64,000 bases of DNA from Fervidobacterium sp. Its GTDB lineage: Bacteria > Thermotogota > Thermotogae > Thermotogales > Fervidobacteriaceae. Position 1 is the stretch's first letter. Each line of letters begins with the position of its first letter. The DNA lies in assembly GCA_049970055.1 (NCBI GenBank), contig JBMFNR010000001.1, forward strand, positions 160,001 through 224,000. Direction: 5' to 3'. Position numbers and translations under genes: made by a program. Below the pieces are notes generated by a model, which worked only from the letters and a program-made list of their open reading frames with translations, was not told the DNA's origin and ran no database searches. Below, in pieces: positions 50,468-60,353 of the stretch.

Positions 50468-51154
50468 TTAGAATTTTACTTTCAGTAAAAAACTATGGTT
50501 AAAAGTGTTAAATACCTTGCTTTGACTAACGGGTACAGTAGTAAAATCGGGCAAGAAAGGTCCATACAAAGTTATCCCTACCCCATAGGTTAATACATAC
50601 ATGATAGACGGAAAGTTTGTAGAACCTGAAGGAATCTCAACATATGCGCCTATATTTCCGAGAAGATTGAAGTTTGATAATGTGTTGTAATGCTTAAAAT
50701 CTACCTTGTTAAAATCATCGTAATCTGTTGAAGCCCCAACTAACAAGCTAACACTTTCCAAATTAAAGCCAACACAACCTGCGAAACCGAGGATCAACTC
50801 GGAATGTGAATTACCAAAGTGAATTCCCATGAGTTTTGCTGAGAGATTGTAATTAATTCCAGAAGAATTGTATTTAAACTGTGTTGGAAACATATCAAAG
50901 AACGTTCTGTAGATTGAAAACCCAGCTGTTAGCACGGAAGAGTATCTTGGATTAGCGTTCATCTCAAAAGTATACATTAGTGATATTTGCTTCAAAAGAT
51001 CAATGTTATTTCCCGTTCTTGCAGAAATGTCAATAGCTATTGCCGATGGTGTTAAAACATGAAATCCATACATATCCGCATACGAATTCGTATAACTGAA
51101 TGCATAAACGAACATACAGCTTAAGAGTAGTGTAATGTAAAATTTAAGCCTCAT
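50468..51154 (-). CDS. Hypothetical secreted protein, possible outer-membrane beta-barrel
   Basis: Signal peptide, aromatic/Gly-rich amphipathic strands, C-terminal FLLKVKF. Confidence 0.55.
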   Translation of the reverse strand: MRLKFYITLLLSCMFVYAFSYTNSYADMYGFHVLTPSAIAIDISARTGNNIDLLKQISLMYTFEMNANPRYSSVLTAGFSIYRTFFDMFPTQFKYNSSGINYNLSAKLMGIHFGNSHSELILGFAGCVGFNLESVSLLVGASTDYDDFNKVDFKHYNTLSNFNLLGNIGAYVEIPSGSTNFPSIMYVLTYGVGITLYGPFLPDFTTVPVSQSKVFNTFNHSFLLKVKF

Positions 51155-51273
51155 TTAAACATTCCTCCTTTCTTACACGATTTGTGTTAATGCACTGAGG
51201 TATTGATTATAAATTATTTCTACACACTTCTTGATTATATCATAGATTTTCCTATACAAGTATACTTGCCTAC

Positions 51274-51301
51274 TTGAAATTTTTGGAGTATATGGTACAA
51301 T
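51274..51301 (+). promoter_or_regulatory. Putative promoter of the tRNA-Ser/Arg pair
   Basis: TTGAAA-N16-TACAAT with TGn extension. Confidence 0.6.
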
Positions 51302-51340
51302 CATTAATCGGAGCATCCGGAATAACCAGATCCTGCTAAC

Positions 51341-51430
51341 GGAGAGATGGCCGAGTGGTCGAAGGCGCTTGCCTGCTAAGCAAGTGTGGAGGTTTCTCCA
51401 CCGAGGGTTCGAATCCCTCTCTCTCCGCCA
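51341..51430 (+). tRNA. tRNA-Ser(GCT)
   Basis: GGAGAGATGGCCGAGTGG...CTTGCCT-GCT-AAGCAAG, long variable arm, GGTTCGAATCCC, ends GCCA. Confidence 0.98.
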
Positions 51431-51559
51431 AAAATTTAGGTAGTAGTTTGGGTGGTAGATGGTAGTATTGCAATCGTGTTTAGCCATCTACCATTTATTA
51501 TTAAAAAGTTAAACTGAAAAGTCAAATTAAATGTGCAATTAAATGTAATAACTACGCAC

Positions 51560-51636
51560 GTGCCCGTAGCTCAACTGGATAGAGCGTCAGACTGCGGATC
51601 TGGAGGTTGTGGGTTCAAGTCCCGCCGGGCACGCCA
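51560..51636 (+). tRNA. tRNA-Arg(GCG)
   Basis: GTGCCCGTAGCTCAACTGGATAGAGCGTCAGACT-GCG-GATCTGG...GGTTCAAGTCCCGCCGGGCACGCCA. Confidence 0.97.
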
Positions 51637-51668
51637 AGATTTTTCAGAGAGCTGGTATTTTTCTCATG

Positions 51669-51702
51669 AAGCTACACAAAAAATTGTGTAGCTTTTGTTT
51701 TT
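51669..51702 (+). terminator. Intrinsic terminator after tRNA-Arg
   Basis: AAGCTACACAA-aaaa-TTGTGTAGCTT followed by TTGTTTTT. Confidence 0.85.
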
Positions 51703-51778
51703 CTTTGTGGTATAATTTTAATGACTCCAATTCTTTACTTCGCGTTTTTCTTCGATAACTCCTTGGGAGGTCTACCTT

Positions 51779-53005
51779 GTGAAAAAAGCGATTATACTTG
51801 CTATAGGCAACGAATTAGTTGAAGGAATAATTGTCGATACGAATTCAAAATACTTAAGTCAGAAGCTGAAAAACATAGGTTATTATGTTATCAGAACAGA
51901 AACGGTTCCTGATGACTTTAATTTAGTTGTTCAGCGGGTCTCAATTGCTCTTACAGATGCTGATCTGGTTATTACAAGTGGCGGACTTGGACCTACTGAA
52001 GATGATTTAACAAGAGAAGCTGTTGCTTCTGCCTTTGGTAGAAAGCTTGTAAAAGACGATATGTTAGCACAAAAACTTGTTCAAAGGGCTTTAAATTACT
52101 ACAAAAAGGCCCCAGAGAGTGTTACGAAGCAAGCGATGGTTATAGAAGGCGCCGAGATTATCGATAATCCAGTTGGAACAGCACCAGGTCAAATTGTTAT
52201 TTACAATAACAAATACTTAATACTCCTGCCTGGTCCCCCTGCCGAATTAATTCCAACTTTTGAAAACGTTTTAAATAAAATAAAAACAGATGATGCGCTC
52301 TATACAAGAAGAGTAAAAACGATAGGTATTCCCGAAGCTGTATTAATGGATGAGAATAAGAACATCATATATTCAAACCCCAATATTAATGTTGCAACGA
52401 TGGCTTCGTATGAAAGGGGCGTTGAAGTACGTTTTACTGGTGCGTTGACTTTGAAAGAAGAAATAGACAAGATTGTTGATAATCTTCTAAAAAAACTTGG
52501 CGAGAACGTTTATGCTTTGGATGACGAAGAAATGAGCGATGTTGTTTACAAACTACTTTTAAATAATAAGTTAACCGCCTCGTTTGCAGAATCTTGTACA
52601 GGAGGTATGTTATCTTCAGCGCTTGTGGATATCCCGGGTGTTTCTACTGTCTTCAAAGGAAGTGTGGTGGCGTATTCAAATGAATCAAAGATAAACATTC
52701 TTGGAGTAAAACGTGAAACTTTGGAGCGTTTTGGGGCTGTGAGTGAAGAGTGCGTGATAGAGATGGCTCAAAATGCTAAAAGAATCTTTAACTCAGACTT
52801 TTCTGTTGCAGTTTCAGGGATTGCAGGTCCTTCTGGTGGAAGTAAAGAAAAGCCCATAGGAACAGTTTGTGTCGCTATCTGTGGCCCAAAAGGTACTTCT
52901 GCCTATACACATTACCTAAGAGGCGATAGGTATATTATTAGAAGAAGGTCAACCTTACTTGCTCTCGATTTGCTAAGGAGAGGGATCATTGAATGCCAAG
53001 GTTAA
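51779..53005 (+). CDS. cinA: CinA-family protein (MoCF-like domain plus NMN deamidase PncC domain)
   Basis: IGNELVEG..DTN, SGGLGPTEDDLT, LPGPP, AESCTGG, GAVSEE, SGIAGPSGG. Confidence 0.95.
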   Translation: MKKAIILAIGNELVEGIIVDTNSKYLSQKLKNIGYYVIRTETVPDDFNLVVQRVSIALTDADLVITSGGLGPTEDDLTREAVASAFGRKLVKDDMLAQKLVQRALNYYKKAPESVTKQAMVIEGAEIIDNPVGTAPGQIVIYNNKYLILLPGPPAELIPTFENVLNKIKTDDALYTRRVKTIGIPEAVLMDENKNIIYSNPNINVATMASYERGVEVRFTGALTLKEEIDKIVDNLLKKLGENVYALDDEEMSDVVYKLLLNNKLTASFAESCTGGMLSSALVDIPGVSTVFKGSVVAYSNESKINILGVKRETLERFGAVSEECVIEMAQNAKRIFNSDFSVAVSGIAGPSGGSKEKPIGTVCVAICGPKGTSAYTHYLRGDRYIIRRRSTLLALDLLRRGIIECQG

Positions 53006-53994
53006 AACACAAGTCTATGAGAGTAACGATAAAAGACGTAGCAGAGCTAGCTGGAGTAGGCGTAGGAACCGTATCAAGAGTTTTGAATAACAGTCCGCAT
53101 GTTGACACGTTGACGCGTCAAAAGGTTATAGAAGCTATAAAAGCACTGGGTTACGTGCCAAATCCACATGCACGGCGGTTATCAACTGGCGAGAGTAACC
53201 TTGTTACTGTGATAACACCTGAGATGAAAGGCGATTTTTATCAGATTCTGATTTCAGCCATCGACGAAGTACTTATAAAGTATGATTATTCCTCTTTACT
53301 TTACCCACTATATAATGAGAAAAAGTACGAAACCCTTAGAAGATCTTCCGACATATTACTTTCAACGGATGGGATTATAGTTGACGGTGTGAGTGTAGAT
53401 AAGATACTTAAAACGATAATTAATCCACAAACACCTATTGTCTGTATAGAGCAAGATTCAGAGGAGTACGATTCCGTTGTTGTTGACAATTACTACGGAG
53501 GCATATTAGCTGGAGATTACTTTTCGGACCTTGATATGGAGATTTTTGTTGTTACGCATAGAAAATCACATGAACTTGAAAGCACTGTCTTTGACGAAAG
53601 ACTGGAAGGATTTCAAGAATCACTTGAGAGAAAAGGTAGAAGTATAGATAAAATATACTATGTATCACTTGACTGGGAAAGTACATTTGAAGTTGCAAGA
53701 AGGATATTTTCAAGATACAAAAGGTGTGCAATATTTACAACCACAGATTACTTAGCAGTTCCAATTATAGAAGTTGCAAGAACTATGGAATTGAAAGTTG
53801 GACAAGATATCAAAGTTTGTGGTTTTGACGATTTACCAATTGCTCAGGTTTTGGAAATAACAACGATAAAACAACCAATATTCGAAATGGGTAAACTTGC
53901 GGCGGAATTACTTGTGAAGAGAATGAAGGGTAAGCTCAAAGATAAAGTAAAAAAGTATATACTAAAGCCAGAGCTTATTGTTAGGTCAACGTAA
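52993..53994 (+). CDS. LacI-family transcriptional regulator
   Basis: VTIKDVAELAGVGVGTVSRVLN; GFDD; TTIKQP. Confidence 0.92.
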   Translation: MPRLKHKSMRVTIKDVAELAGVGVGTVSRVLNNSPHVDTLTRQKVIEAIKALGYVPNPHARRLSTGESNLVTVITPEMKGDFYQILISAIDEVLIKYDYSSLLYPLYNEKKYETLRRSSDILLSTDGIIVDGVSVDKILKTIINPQTPIVCIEQDSEEYDSVVVDNYYGGILAGDYFSDLDMEIFVVTHRKSHELESTVFDERLEGFQESLERKGRSIDKIYYVSLDWESTFEVARRIFSRYKRCAIFTTTDYLAVPIIEVARTMELKVGQDIKVCGFDDLPIAQVLEITTIKQPIFEMGKLAAELLVKRMKGKLKDKVKKYILKPELIVRST

Positions 53995-54060
53995 GACCAA
54001 AAGAAAGGCGTTATAAAATCAAAACTAATTCAATACAAGTTATCAACAGGGGGAAAAGCA

Positions 54061-55023
54061 ATGTACATTGCAGTATTACTTGGTGGAATTTCAAAAGAGA
54101 GAGCAATATCGCTTAGGAGTGGAAAAAGAATAGCACAAGCGCTTAGAATTAAGGGCCACGTAGTAGATGAAATCGATGTGGGTCACGATTTTTTGCACCG
54201 TATTAATGAGATGAAGAAATACGATGCAATATTCAACATACTTCATGGTACGTTTGGAGAGGATGGTAGGATCCAATCACTCTTGGATTTTATAGGTGTA
54301 CCCTACACCGGAGCCGGTGTTGAAGCGAGTGTAATTGCCTTCGATAAGTACTTGTGTAACCTTTTTGTGGAGAACATAACCATTAAACAGTATGCTGATC
54401 AGGAAATCAAGAATATACTCAAGGTTCCTGAGTACATACTAATTAAAAAAGAAACTTACGATGTATCTACGCTAATTAATATACGTGAAGATATAGGGTT
54501 ACCGTGTGTTGTAAAACCGCGTAAGGAAGGCTCAAGTATCGGTACACATATTTGCTTTACCGAGGATGAACTTATAGCAGCGTTAAGTACGGAGTTAAAT
54601 AACTATGGTGAGGTTATTGTGCAAAAATATATCAAAGGTAGAGAGATCACCGTTTCAATAATAGATATAGATGGTCTTCCCACGGTACTTCCAATTTTAG
54701 AATTGAGACCCAAAAAGCTTTTTTACGATTACGAAGCAAAGTACACAGATGGAATGACTGAATTTATAATACCCGCTGAAATAGATAGGCAATTGACTGA
54801 GAAAATTGAGAAAGCTTCACTTGCGATTTATAAGTCACTTGGTTGCAGGCATTTTTCAAGAGTGGATGGAATCGCTAAGGATAACACTTTTTACTTTTTG
54901 GAAGTCAACACTCTACCTGGTATGACGGAATTAAGCGATTTGCCTATGTCGGCGAAAGCTTATGGAATATCTTTTGAAGACTTAGTTGATTTAATAATAA
55001 AATCCGCTGTGCTAAATAAATGA
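54061..55023 (+). CDS. ddl: D-alanine--D-alanine ligase
   Basis: GGISKERAISLRSG, LHGTFGEDG, KPRKEGSSIG, FYDYEAKY, LEVNTLPGMT. Confidence 0.96.
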   Translation: MYIAVLLGGISKERAISLRSGKRIAQALRIKGHVVDEIDVGHDFLHRINEMKKYDAIFNILHGTFGEDGRIQSLLDFIGVPYTGAGVEASVIAFDKYLCNLFVENITIKQYADQEIKNILKVPEYILIKKETYDVSTLINIREDIGLPCVVKPRKEGSSIGTHICFTEDELIAALSTELNNYGEVIVQKYIKGREITVSIIDIDGLPTVLPILELRPKKLFYDYEAKYTDGMTEFIIPAEIDRQLTEKIEKASLAIYKSLGCRHFSRVDGIAKDNTFYFLEVNTLPGMTELSDLPMSAKAYGISFEDLVDLIIKSAVLNK

Positions 55024-55026
55024 GGT

Positions 55027-55956
55027 GTGGTTATGATTCATATCGATGATAAAGAGCTTCAAGTAAGACAAAAAACAAACAGAATATCGATGTATATTTT
55101 AATTTCAATATTCATTGTTTTTTCGGTTCTTCTGGGAGTCATACTTGATTTGGTTATTGGAACGAAAGTTTTATTTACGATACTTTTTTCACTTTTTTCT
55201 CTTACACAGTTATTATTTGGGCTTTCTATAACAGGTAGTTTCATAGTAAGGATAATCGATGCAAAAAAATTGGATGATGATCACCTAAACCGTATACTTG
55301 AAGAGATTAAAGAGGAAACACAATATAGAAGTGATATAGCTTTGTTTGCCATAAAATCTCCGTCGATTAACGCTCTTACATTTGGAAGGTCGGAACATGG
55401 TCATAAACTCTGTATAACCACGGGTGCCATTGAGAAACTTCAATACGATGAACTAAAGGCAATATTGGCTCACGAAGTCTTTCATATAATTTCAAAGGAT
55501 ACTGACTATCTAACTACTGTCAGTGGCACATTTGGAAGTCCAATGCTTCTTTTTAAATTGTCAACAGCAGCTATAGAAAAAGTTGTAGAAAATAAAGGGA
55601 AAATTTCTCCAAGGGAATTCTACAAAGAACTTGGCTTATTTTCTTCCATTGCGATTGCCACAATCTTTCTTCTACCAATTTCAATTTTAACCAACGTATT
55701 TGTGAGCGTTAGAAAAGAATTTGATGCGGATGTTTTTGCGGCCGTCAAGACATCCAACGAGAGTGTTGTAAAGTTACTCCTTAAGACGAGAGAAAATTGC
55801 AAAAGCCTTGGCACAAACTATTTTTTCATGAGACACCTTTTCTTTGCAGATCCCAGTTGTAAAGATACGTTTAGAAAGATGAACAAAATCTTCGATGCTT
55901 ATCCAACTATAGAAGAACGAATCTCATTCATTGAAGGTATTAATTCTAAAAAATAG
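55027..55956 (+). CDS. M48 (HtpX-like) membrane zinc metallopeptidase
   Basis: INALTFG, ELKAILAHEVFH (HExxH), RKEFDAD, YPTIEERI. Confidence 0.85.
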   Translation: MVMIHIDDKELQVRQKTNRISMYILISIFIVFSVLLGVILDLVIGTKVLFTILFSLFSLTQLLFGLSITGSFIVRIIDAKKLDDDHLNRILEEIKEETQYRSDIALFAIKSPSINALTFGRSEHGHKLCITTGAIEKLQYDELKAILAHEVFHIISKDTDYLTTVSGTFGSPMLLFKLSTAAIEKVVENKGKISPREFYKELGLFSSIAIATIFLLPISILTNVFVSVRKEFDADVFAAVKTSNESVVKLLLKTRENCKSLGTNYFFMRHLFFADPSCKDTFRKMNKIFDAYPTIEERISFIEGINSKK

Positions 55957-55968
55957 GGGTGTTTTGAG

Positions 55969-56526
55969 TTGCCAAATTTGGTATTTCATCTAAGGTTTGG
56001 AATGATTTCATATCCGTTCTATTTAGCAATTTATTCTTTTTTATCAAAGTTGCTCAACAAGACATTTTCACCATCGATCCTTGATGTTGCTATAAGTTAT
56101 CTACTCTACATCGTTGGAAGTGATTTACCAGACTTTGATAGTAATAACGCACCATTACGGAGTTTTACAAAAGCACTATCCCTTGGATTTTCCATATACA
56201 TATTTACTAATTTTTTAAGCGAAAAGCTTACCTCTTTACCGCAAATAAGCATACCTGAAGTACTGTTATTGCCGTTTTCAGTTTCAATATCTATGCTAAT
56301 TGGTGCAGGATTAATAAACCTTTTTTTATCTATGCCGATATTTTCGCACAGAGGTTTTGCACACTCAATAACCTTTGCTTCCATTTATGGGCTTTTGGTT
56401 TATCTGTTTTCAACAAGTAAAAGCAAAAATGCGTTATTTTTAGGAATAAGCGCTTTTGCTGGTGTCATGAGTCACATGATAGCTGATTACAAAGACAAGC
56501 CGAGTAAGATTTTCAAGTTATGGTAG
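55969..56526 (+). CDS. Membrane metal-dependent hydrolase (YdjM family)
   Basis: MPN..FH, GSDLPDFD, HRGFAHS, SHMIAD. Confidence 0.88.
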   Translation: MPNLVFHLRFGMISYPFYLAIYSFLSKLLNKTFSPSILDVAISYLLYIVGSDLPDFDSNNAPLRSFTKALSLGFSIYIFTNFLSEKLTSLPQISIPEVLLLPFSVSISMLIGAGLINLFLSMPIFSHRGFAHSITFASIYGLLVYLFSTSKSKNALFLGISAFAGVMSHMIADYKDKPSKIFKLW

Positions 56527-56562
56527 TCTGAAGAAATTTTGAAAACTTGAGGAGGGATTTAT

Positions 56563-57072
56563 GTGAAGTTTCTTGATGGTGTAAATGTTACATATATTAG
56601 AAAAAGCGAAAAATCGAATTATTCAAAAATATTGAAAGAAATATCAAAAATGACAACAAACCTTGATTTTGAAGCTGTTAATGGTAAACATTTTGGGCGT
56701 TATAGGATAGAATTTTACGAACCAACGGACAAAATTCCAACGATGAAAGTTATAGGTTTCATCACACATGAAAATCCATTGGATTGGTTAATGGAGCAAG
56801 ACAATCAGTCAGAAATAAAATTTGATGAATCTATCCATGTTGTAGATACGGAGGTTCTTGAAGTATCAAAAGATGATGTTATTACAACAGTTATAGTTGA
56901 GCAATTTAAAGTTTACTCCATAGTTAATAAAGAAAAATCCAAAGACCTTACAATAAATGAGCTTGTTAAAATTACGTTGAAAAAAGTTTTTGAGGTGTAC
57001 TTTGATATGGAGTTCAACGAAGGGGAATATGAGATAGAAATACAGCCAGAACTGACGGACTATTTTATGTAA
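56563..57072 (+). CDS. Hypothetical cytoplasmic protein
   Basis: 169-aa ORF with GGAGG RBS and a downstream terminator. Confidence 0.7.
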   Translation: MKFLDGVNVTYIRKSEKSNYSKILKEISKMTTNLDFEAVNGKHFGRYRIEFYEPTDKIPTMKVIGFITHENPLDWLMEQDNQSEIKFDESIHVVDTEVLEVSKDDVITTVIVEQFKVYSIVNKEKSKDLTINELVKITLKKVFEVYFDMEFNEGEYEIEIQPELTDYFM

Positions 57073-57083
57073 GGAAAAAATAA

Positions 57084-57118
57084 TTCCCACGTATGTACAT
57101 GCGTGGGAACTATTTTTT
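57084..57118. terminator. Bidirectional intrinsic terminator
   Basis: TTCCCACGTATG-ta-CATGCGTGGGAA flanked by A and T tracts between convergent genes. Confidence 0.8.
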
Positions 57119-57126
57119 AACTTCGA

Positions 57127-58194
57127 TTAATCGGGAATTATCTTTGCTACTTCGGGTATTATCTCTACGCTAACTTGTTTACCCTCAAATAATCCTCTGT
57201 CAAACGGTGGTAACATTTTTACCATGATTTCACCGTACTCTGTATCTAAGTAGTATTCAGTGTAATTACCAAGATACACGATAGTTTTTATGGTTCCAAC
57301 AATGGGTCCGTCTGTAGATATCTTCAACCCTTCTGGTCTACAACCAAGTATATATTTATTTGCAATAGAAGTTGGCACGGATGGAATTTTGTATACTTTC
57401 TCCCTAAGCTTAATCACTGTTTGATCAGATCTAGTTTCTACGATATCTATTGGGAAGAAATTTATTTTTCCCATAAACTCTGCGGTAAATTTACTAACGG
57501 GTTTTTCATATATTTCTTCAGGGGTCCCAATTTGTTCTATCTTCCCTTTATTCATTAAAACGATTCTATCTGAAAGTGTTAGTGCTTCTGTTCGATCATG
57601 GGTAACGTATATTGCGGTGATACCAACTTCTTTTTGTATTCTTTTTATCTCAACTCTCATTTGTTCCCTCAAAAGCACATCAAGGTTAGACAACGGTTCA
57701 TCAAATAAAAGTACCGAAGGTTCAACGACGAGAGCTCTTGCCAAAGCTACTCTTTGTTGTTGACCACCAGACAAACTTGATGGTGATCTTTCTCCGTAAC
57801 CTTCCAAACCCACAGTTTTTAGTATTCTTTCGACCTTTCTCTCGATTTCTTCTTTTGGTACTTTTCTCATCTTCAAACCATATGCAATGTTTTCTTTAAC
57901 ATTCATATGTGGAAAGAGACCATAACTTTGAAATACCATCGCCGTGTCTCTTTTCCATGGTGGTATTTCAACAACGTTTACATCATTTATCAATATGTGT
58001 CCGTAAGTAGGTTTCTCGAAACCTGCTATCATTCTCAAAGTGGTTGTTTTTCCACACCCTGAAGGTCCGAGCAAAGTAACAAACTCCCCGGGCTTTACAT
58101 CAAAAGTCACGTTGTCAACAGCTCTTATTTCTCTTCCCTTGTGATCTTTAAATGTTTTAGATACGTGCTCAAACTTCAAGGAAACTTGCTTCAC
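57127..58194 (-). CDS. ABC ATP-binding protein (FbpC/AfuC/PotA family)
   Basis: GPSGCGKTT, LSGGQQQR, DEPLSNLD, YVTHD, TOBE tail. Confidence 0.93.
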   Translation of the reverse strand: MKQVSLKFEHVSKTFKDHKGREIRAVDNVTFDVKPGEFVTLLGPSGCGKTTTLRMIAGFEKPTYGHILINDVNVVEIPPWKRDTAMVFQSYGLFPHMNVKENIAYGLKMRKVPKEEIERKVERILKTVGLEGYGERSPSSLSGGQQQRVALARALVVEPSVLLFDEPLSNLDVLLREQMRVEIKRIQKEVGITAIYVTHDRTEALTLSDRIVLMNKGKIEQIGTPEEIYEKPVSKFTAEFMGKINFFPIDIVETRSDQTVIKLREKVYKIPSVPTSIANKYILGCRPEGLKISTDGPIVGTIKTIVYLGNYTEYYLDTEYGEIMVKMLPPFDRGLFEGKQVSVEIIPEVAKIIPD

Positions 58195-58211
58195 TTACGA
58201 ATCACCTCAAC

Positions 58212-60353
58212 TTATTGAACAATTGTTTTTTCTAAATATTCGCTCTTTTTCACAAGTAATCTGAGTAATCCAAATATCGTAAGTATTATTATTATCAACG
58301 TTGATGAGAGAACACTTGCTAGTCCAAATCTTAAATTTTCTGAAAAATTATAAATTAGCATTGTTATGTGATACCATTTTGCAGATATGAGAAATACAAC
58401 AGCACTAACAGCAGTCATTGATCTTACGAACGTATACGAAAGGCTCGAAATGAATGCTGGTCTTATGAGTGGTAAGATTATTGTAGAGAACACAGTTTGT
58501 GGATTTGCGCCAAGGTTTTGTGCTGCCTCCTCAATTGATGCATCTATCTGCTTTAGCGTTGCGACACCCCCCTCGACCCCCACGGGTAATTCCCTTATAA
58601 CATAGTTGATAACGATAATAGCAGCCGTTCCAACTAAGATAATAGGAGGCTTGTTAAAAGCAATTACATAGCTAATTCCTATCAATGTGCCAGGTATGGA
58701 GAATGGTAGTAGCACGAGTCCTTGAAGAAGTTTTTTCCCGGGAAATTTTTTTCTGACAATCAAAAATGCAACTACCATAGAAAAGACTCCGGCTATTGGC
58801 ATAGCTACAATTGCAAGTAATGTTGTATCCATAAGTGCATCTTTTCCACGTTGCAATGCTTCCTTTATATTTGCGGTAGTAAAGGTGTAGTCAATTCCCC
58901 AGTTTTTGACGAAGCATCCCATAAATATCGTTGAGTAAAGTCCTAATAAGAATATCGATATCAAATACACTAATACGGTAAGGATAGCCCTTGTTTTAGG
59001 ACTAACTATTTCAACTATTCTACCGCTTGGTTTACCCGTTACGGTTACATAAGATTTTTTGTTGACTACATACCTTTGTAAATAGAAAGCAGTCAGTGTG
59101 GGAAGCAACAAAAGAAGTGACAGAGCAGCTCCTCTGTCCAATCTATTCATACCGGTGACTTCTAGGTAAGACGTGACAGAAAGCACGTTGAACTTCCCGC
59201 CAAGCATTAACGGGTTTGCGAAGTCTGCTATAGAATTTGTAAAAACTAAAAGCCAAGAGCTAAGTAATCCAGGTATAGAAAGTGGTAAAGTAACAGTAGA
59301 AAAGACTTTCAATCTGCTTGCACCAAGGTTCATGGAAGCTTCTTCCAAAGTGCTATCTATTGATTCCAGCACACCAACCATAGTTAGGTATGCTATTGGA
59401 AACATTCCCATTGTTTGAGCTATGACAAGCCCATCAAGGCCGTAAATGTCCCAGTTGATTTTTAGAAGTTGCTTTGTAATCAAACCATTTGATCCAAAAA
59501 GAAGAATCAAAGATAGGGTTAACGAGAATGGTGGTGATATGACAGGTAATGTAGCCAAAGTTGAAATGAACCGTTTGCCTTTGATACTTGTCCTGGTTAC
59601 AATAAAAGCGAACAAAAACCCAATTATTGTTGAGATTGTAGCTGTTAAAGTACCAAGTAGAATGCTGTTCAAAAATGCCGTTATATAACTTTTTTCGATT
59701 AAAATTGATTTCCAAACATCGAGTGTAAATCTACCTTCCTTTATTAATGTCAACCGTGCGGCTTCGTACAAAGGATAGGCAACAAATACAAGAACTACGA
59801 CAAACGTTACGATTATAGCATAAGTGGTTACTGAATCAACCGAAAATGTTGCTATTGAAAACCCAGTTATAAGTAATAGAAAAATTAAGACAAACATTAT
59901 GTCTATTGTTTGTGCTAGCTTTATTATGTCTGAAGCATCGTGAAGTTGAACCATCACGGCTTTAACTTCGTAATCTTTGACAATAGGTGTGAAGATAGCA
60001 AAATATTTTTTACCATTAATAGTTAACATTTTTGATGATGTATATATTTCCTCATAAATTGCATGCTCTTCTCCGTAAGAAAAGTCTGGCAATTGCCTTA
60101 CAAGTTTTCCGATACCATTAGCGCTTTCTTTTTGGTTTCCTTCAAAATCGTAAATATAATATTCCATATCAGGATAAGTTTTTTCAGGAACTTGGAGACC
60201 CATACTGGCTATTGAATTTGCAAGCTTAGTCAAATTCTCCCGCGTAATGCGGGAGAATTCGTTTTTTATAGTTGTTCTAACCCAAAAGAGAATTACAAAG
60301 AGTATTAGTCCAATCGCCATGAGCTTAACTATTTTCCAATTTCTTTGTTCCAT
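58212..60353 (-). CDS. FbpB/AfuB-type ABC permease with an extra N-terminal TM-Cache-like-TM module
   Basis: Two EAA loops (LEEASMNLGAS; IEEAAQNLGAN) and YVTVTGK; 713 aa with about 170 extra N-terminal residues. Confidence 0.88.
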   Translation of the reverse strand: MEQRNWKIVKLMAIGLILFVILFWVRTTIKNEFSRITRENLTKLANSIASMGLQVPEKTYPDMEYYIYDFEGNQKESANGIGKLVRQLPDFSYGEEHAIYEEIYTSSKMLTINGKKYFAIFTPIVKDYEVKAVMVQLHDASDIIKLAQTIDIMFVLIFLLLITGFSIATFSVDSVTTYAIIVTFVVVLVFVAYPLYEAARLTLIKEGRFTLDVWKSILIEKSYITAFLNSILLGTLTATISTIIGFLFAFIVTRTSIKGKRFISTLATLPVISPPFSLTLSLILLFGSNGLITKQLLKINWDIYGLDGLVIAQTMGMFPIAYLTMVGVLESIDSTLEEASMNLGASRLKVFSTVTLPLSIPGLLSSWLLVFTNSIADFANPLMLGGKFNVLSVTSYLEVTGMNRLDRGAALSLLLLLPTLTAFYLQRYVVNKKSYVTVTGKPSGRIVEIVSPKTRAILTVLVYLISIFLLGLYSTIFMGCFVKNWGIDYTFTTANIKEALQRGKDALMDTTLLAIVAMPIAGVFSMVVAFLIVRKKFPGKKLLQGLVLLPFSIPGTLIGISYVIAFNKPPIILVGTAAIIVINYVIRELPVGVEGGVATLKQIDASIEEAAQNLGANPQTVFSTIILPLIRPAFISSLSYTFVRSMTAVSAVVFLISAKWYHITMLIYNFSENLRFGLASVLSSTLIIIILTIFGLLRLLVKKSEYLEKTIVQ

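Noticed and set aside
51173..51487. 104-aa minus-strand ORF
   Set aside because: It is the antisense reading of tRNA-Ser (WRRERDSNPR is the typical artefact).
54061..55023. ddl as a Van-type D-Ala-D-Lac ligase
   Set aside because: The omega loop FYDYEAKY has the Tyr typical of D-Ala-D-Ala ligases, and there are no van genes nearby.
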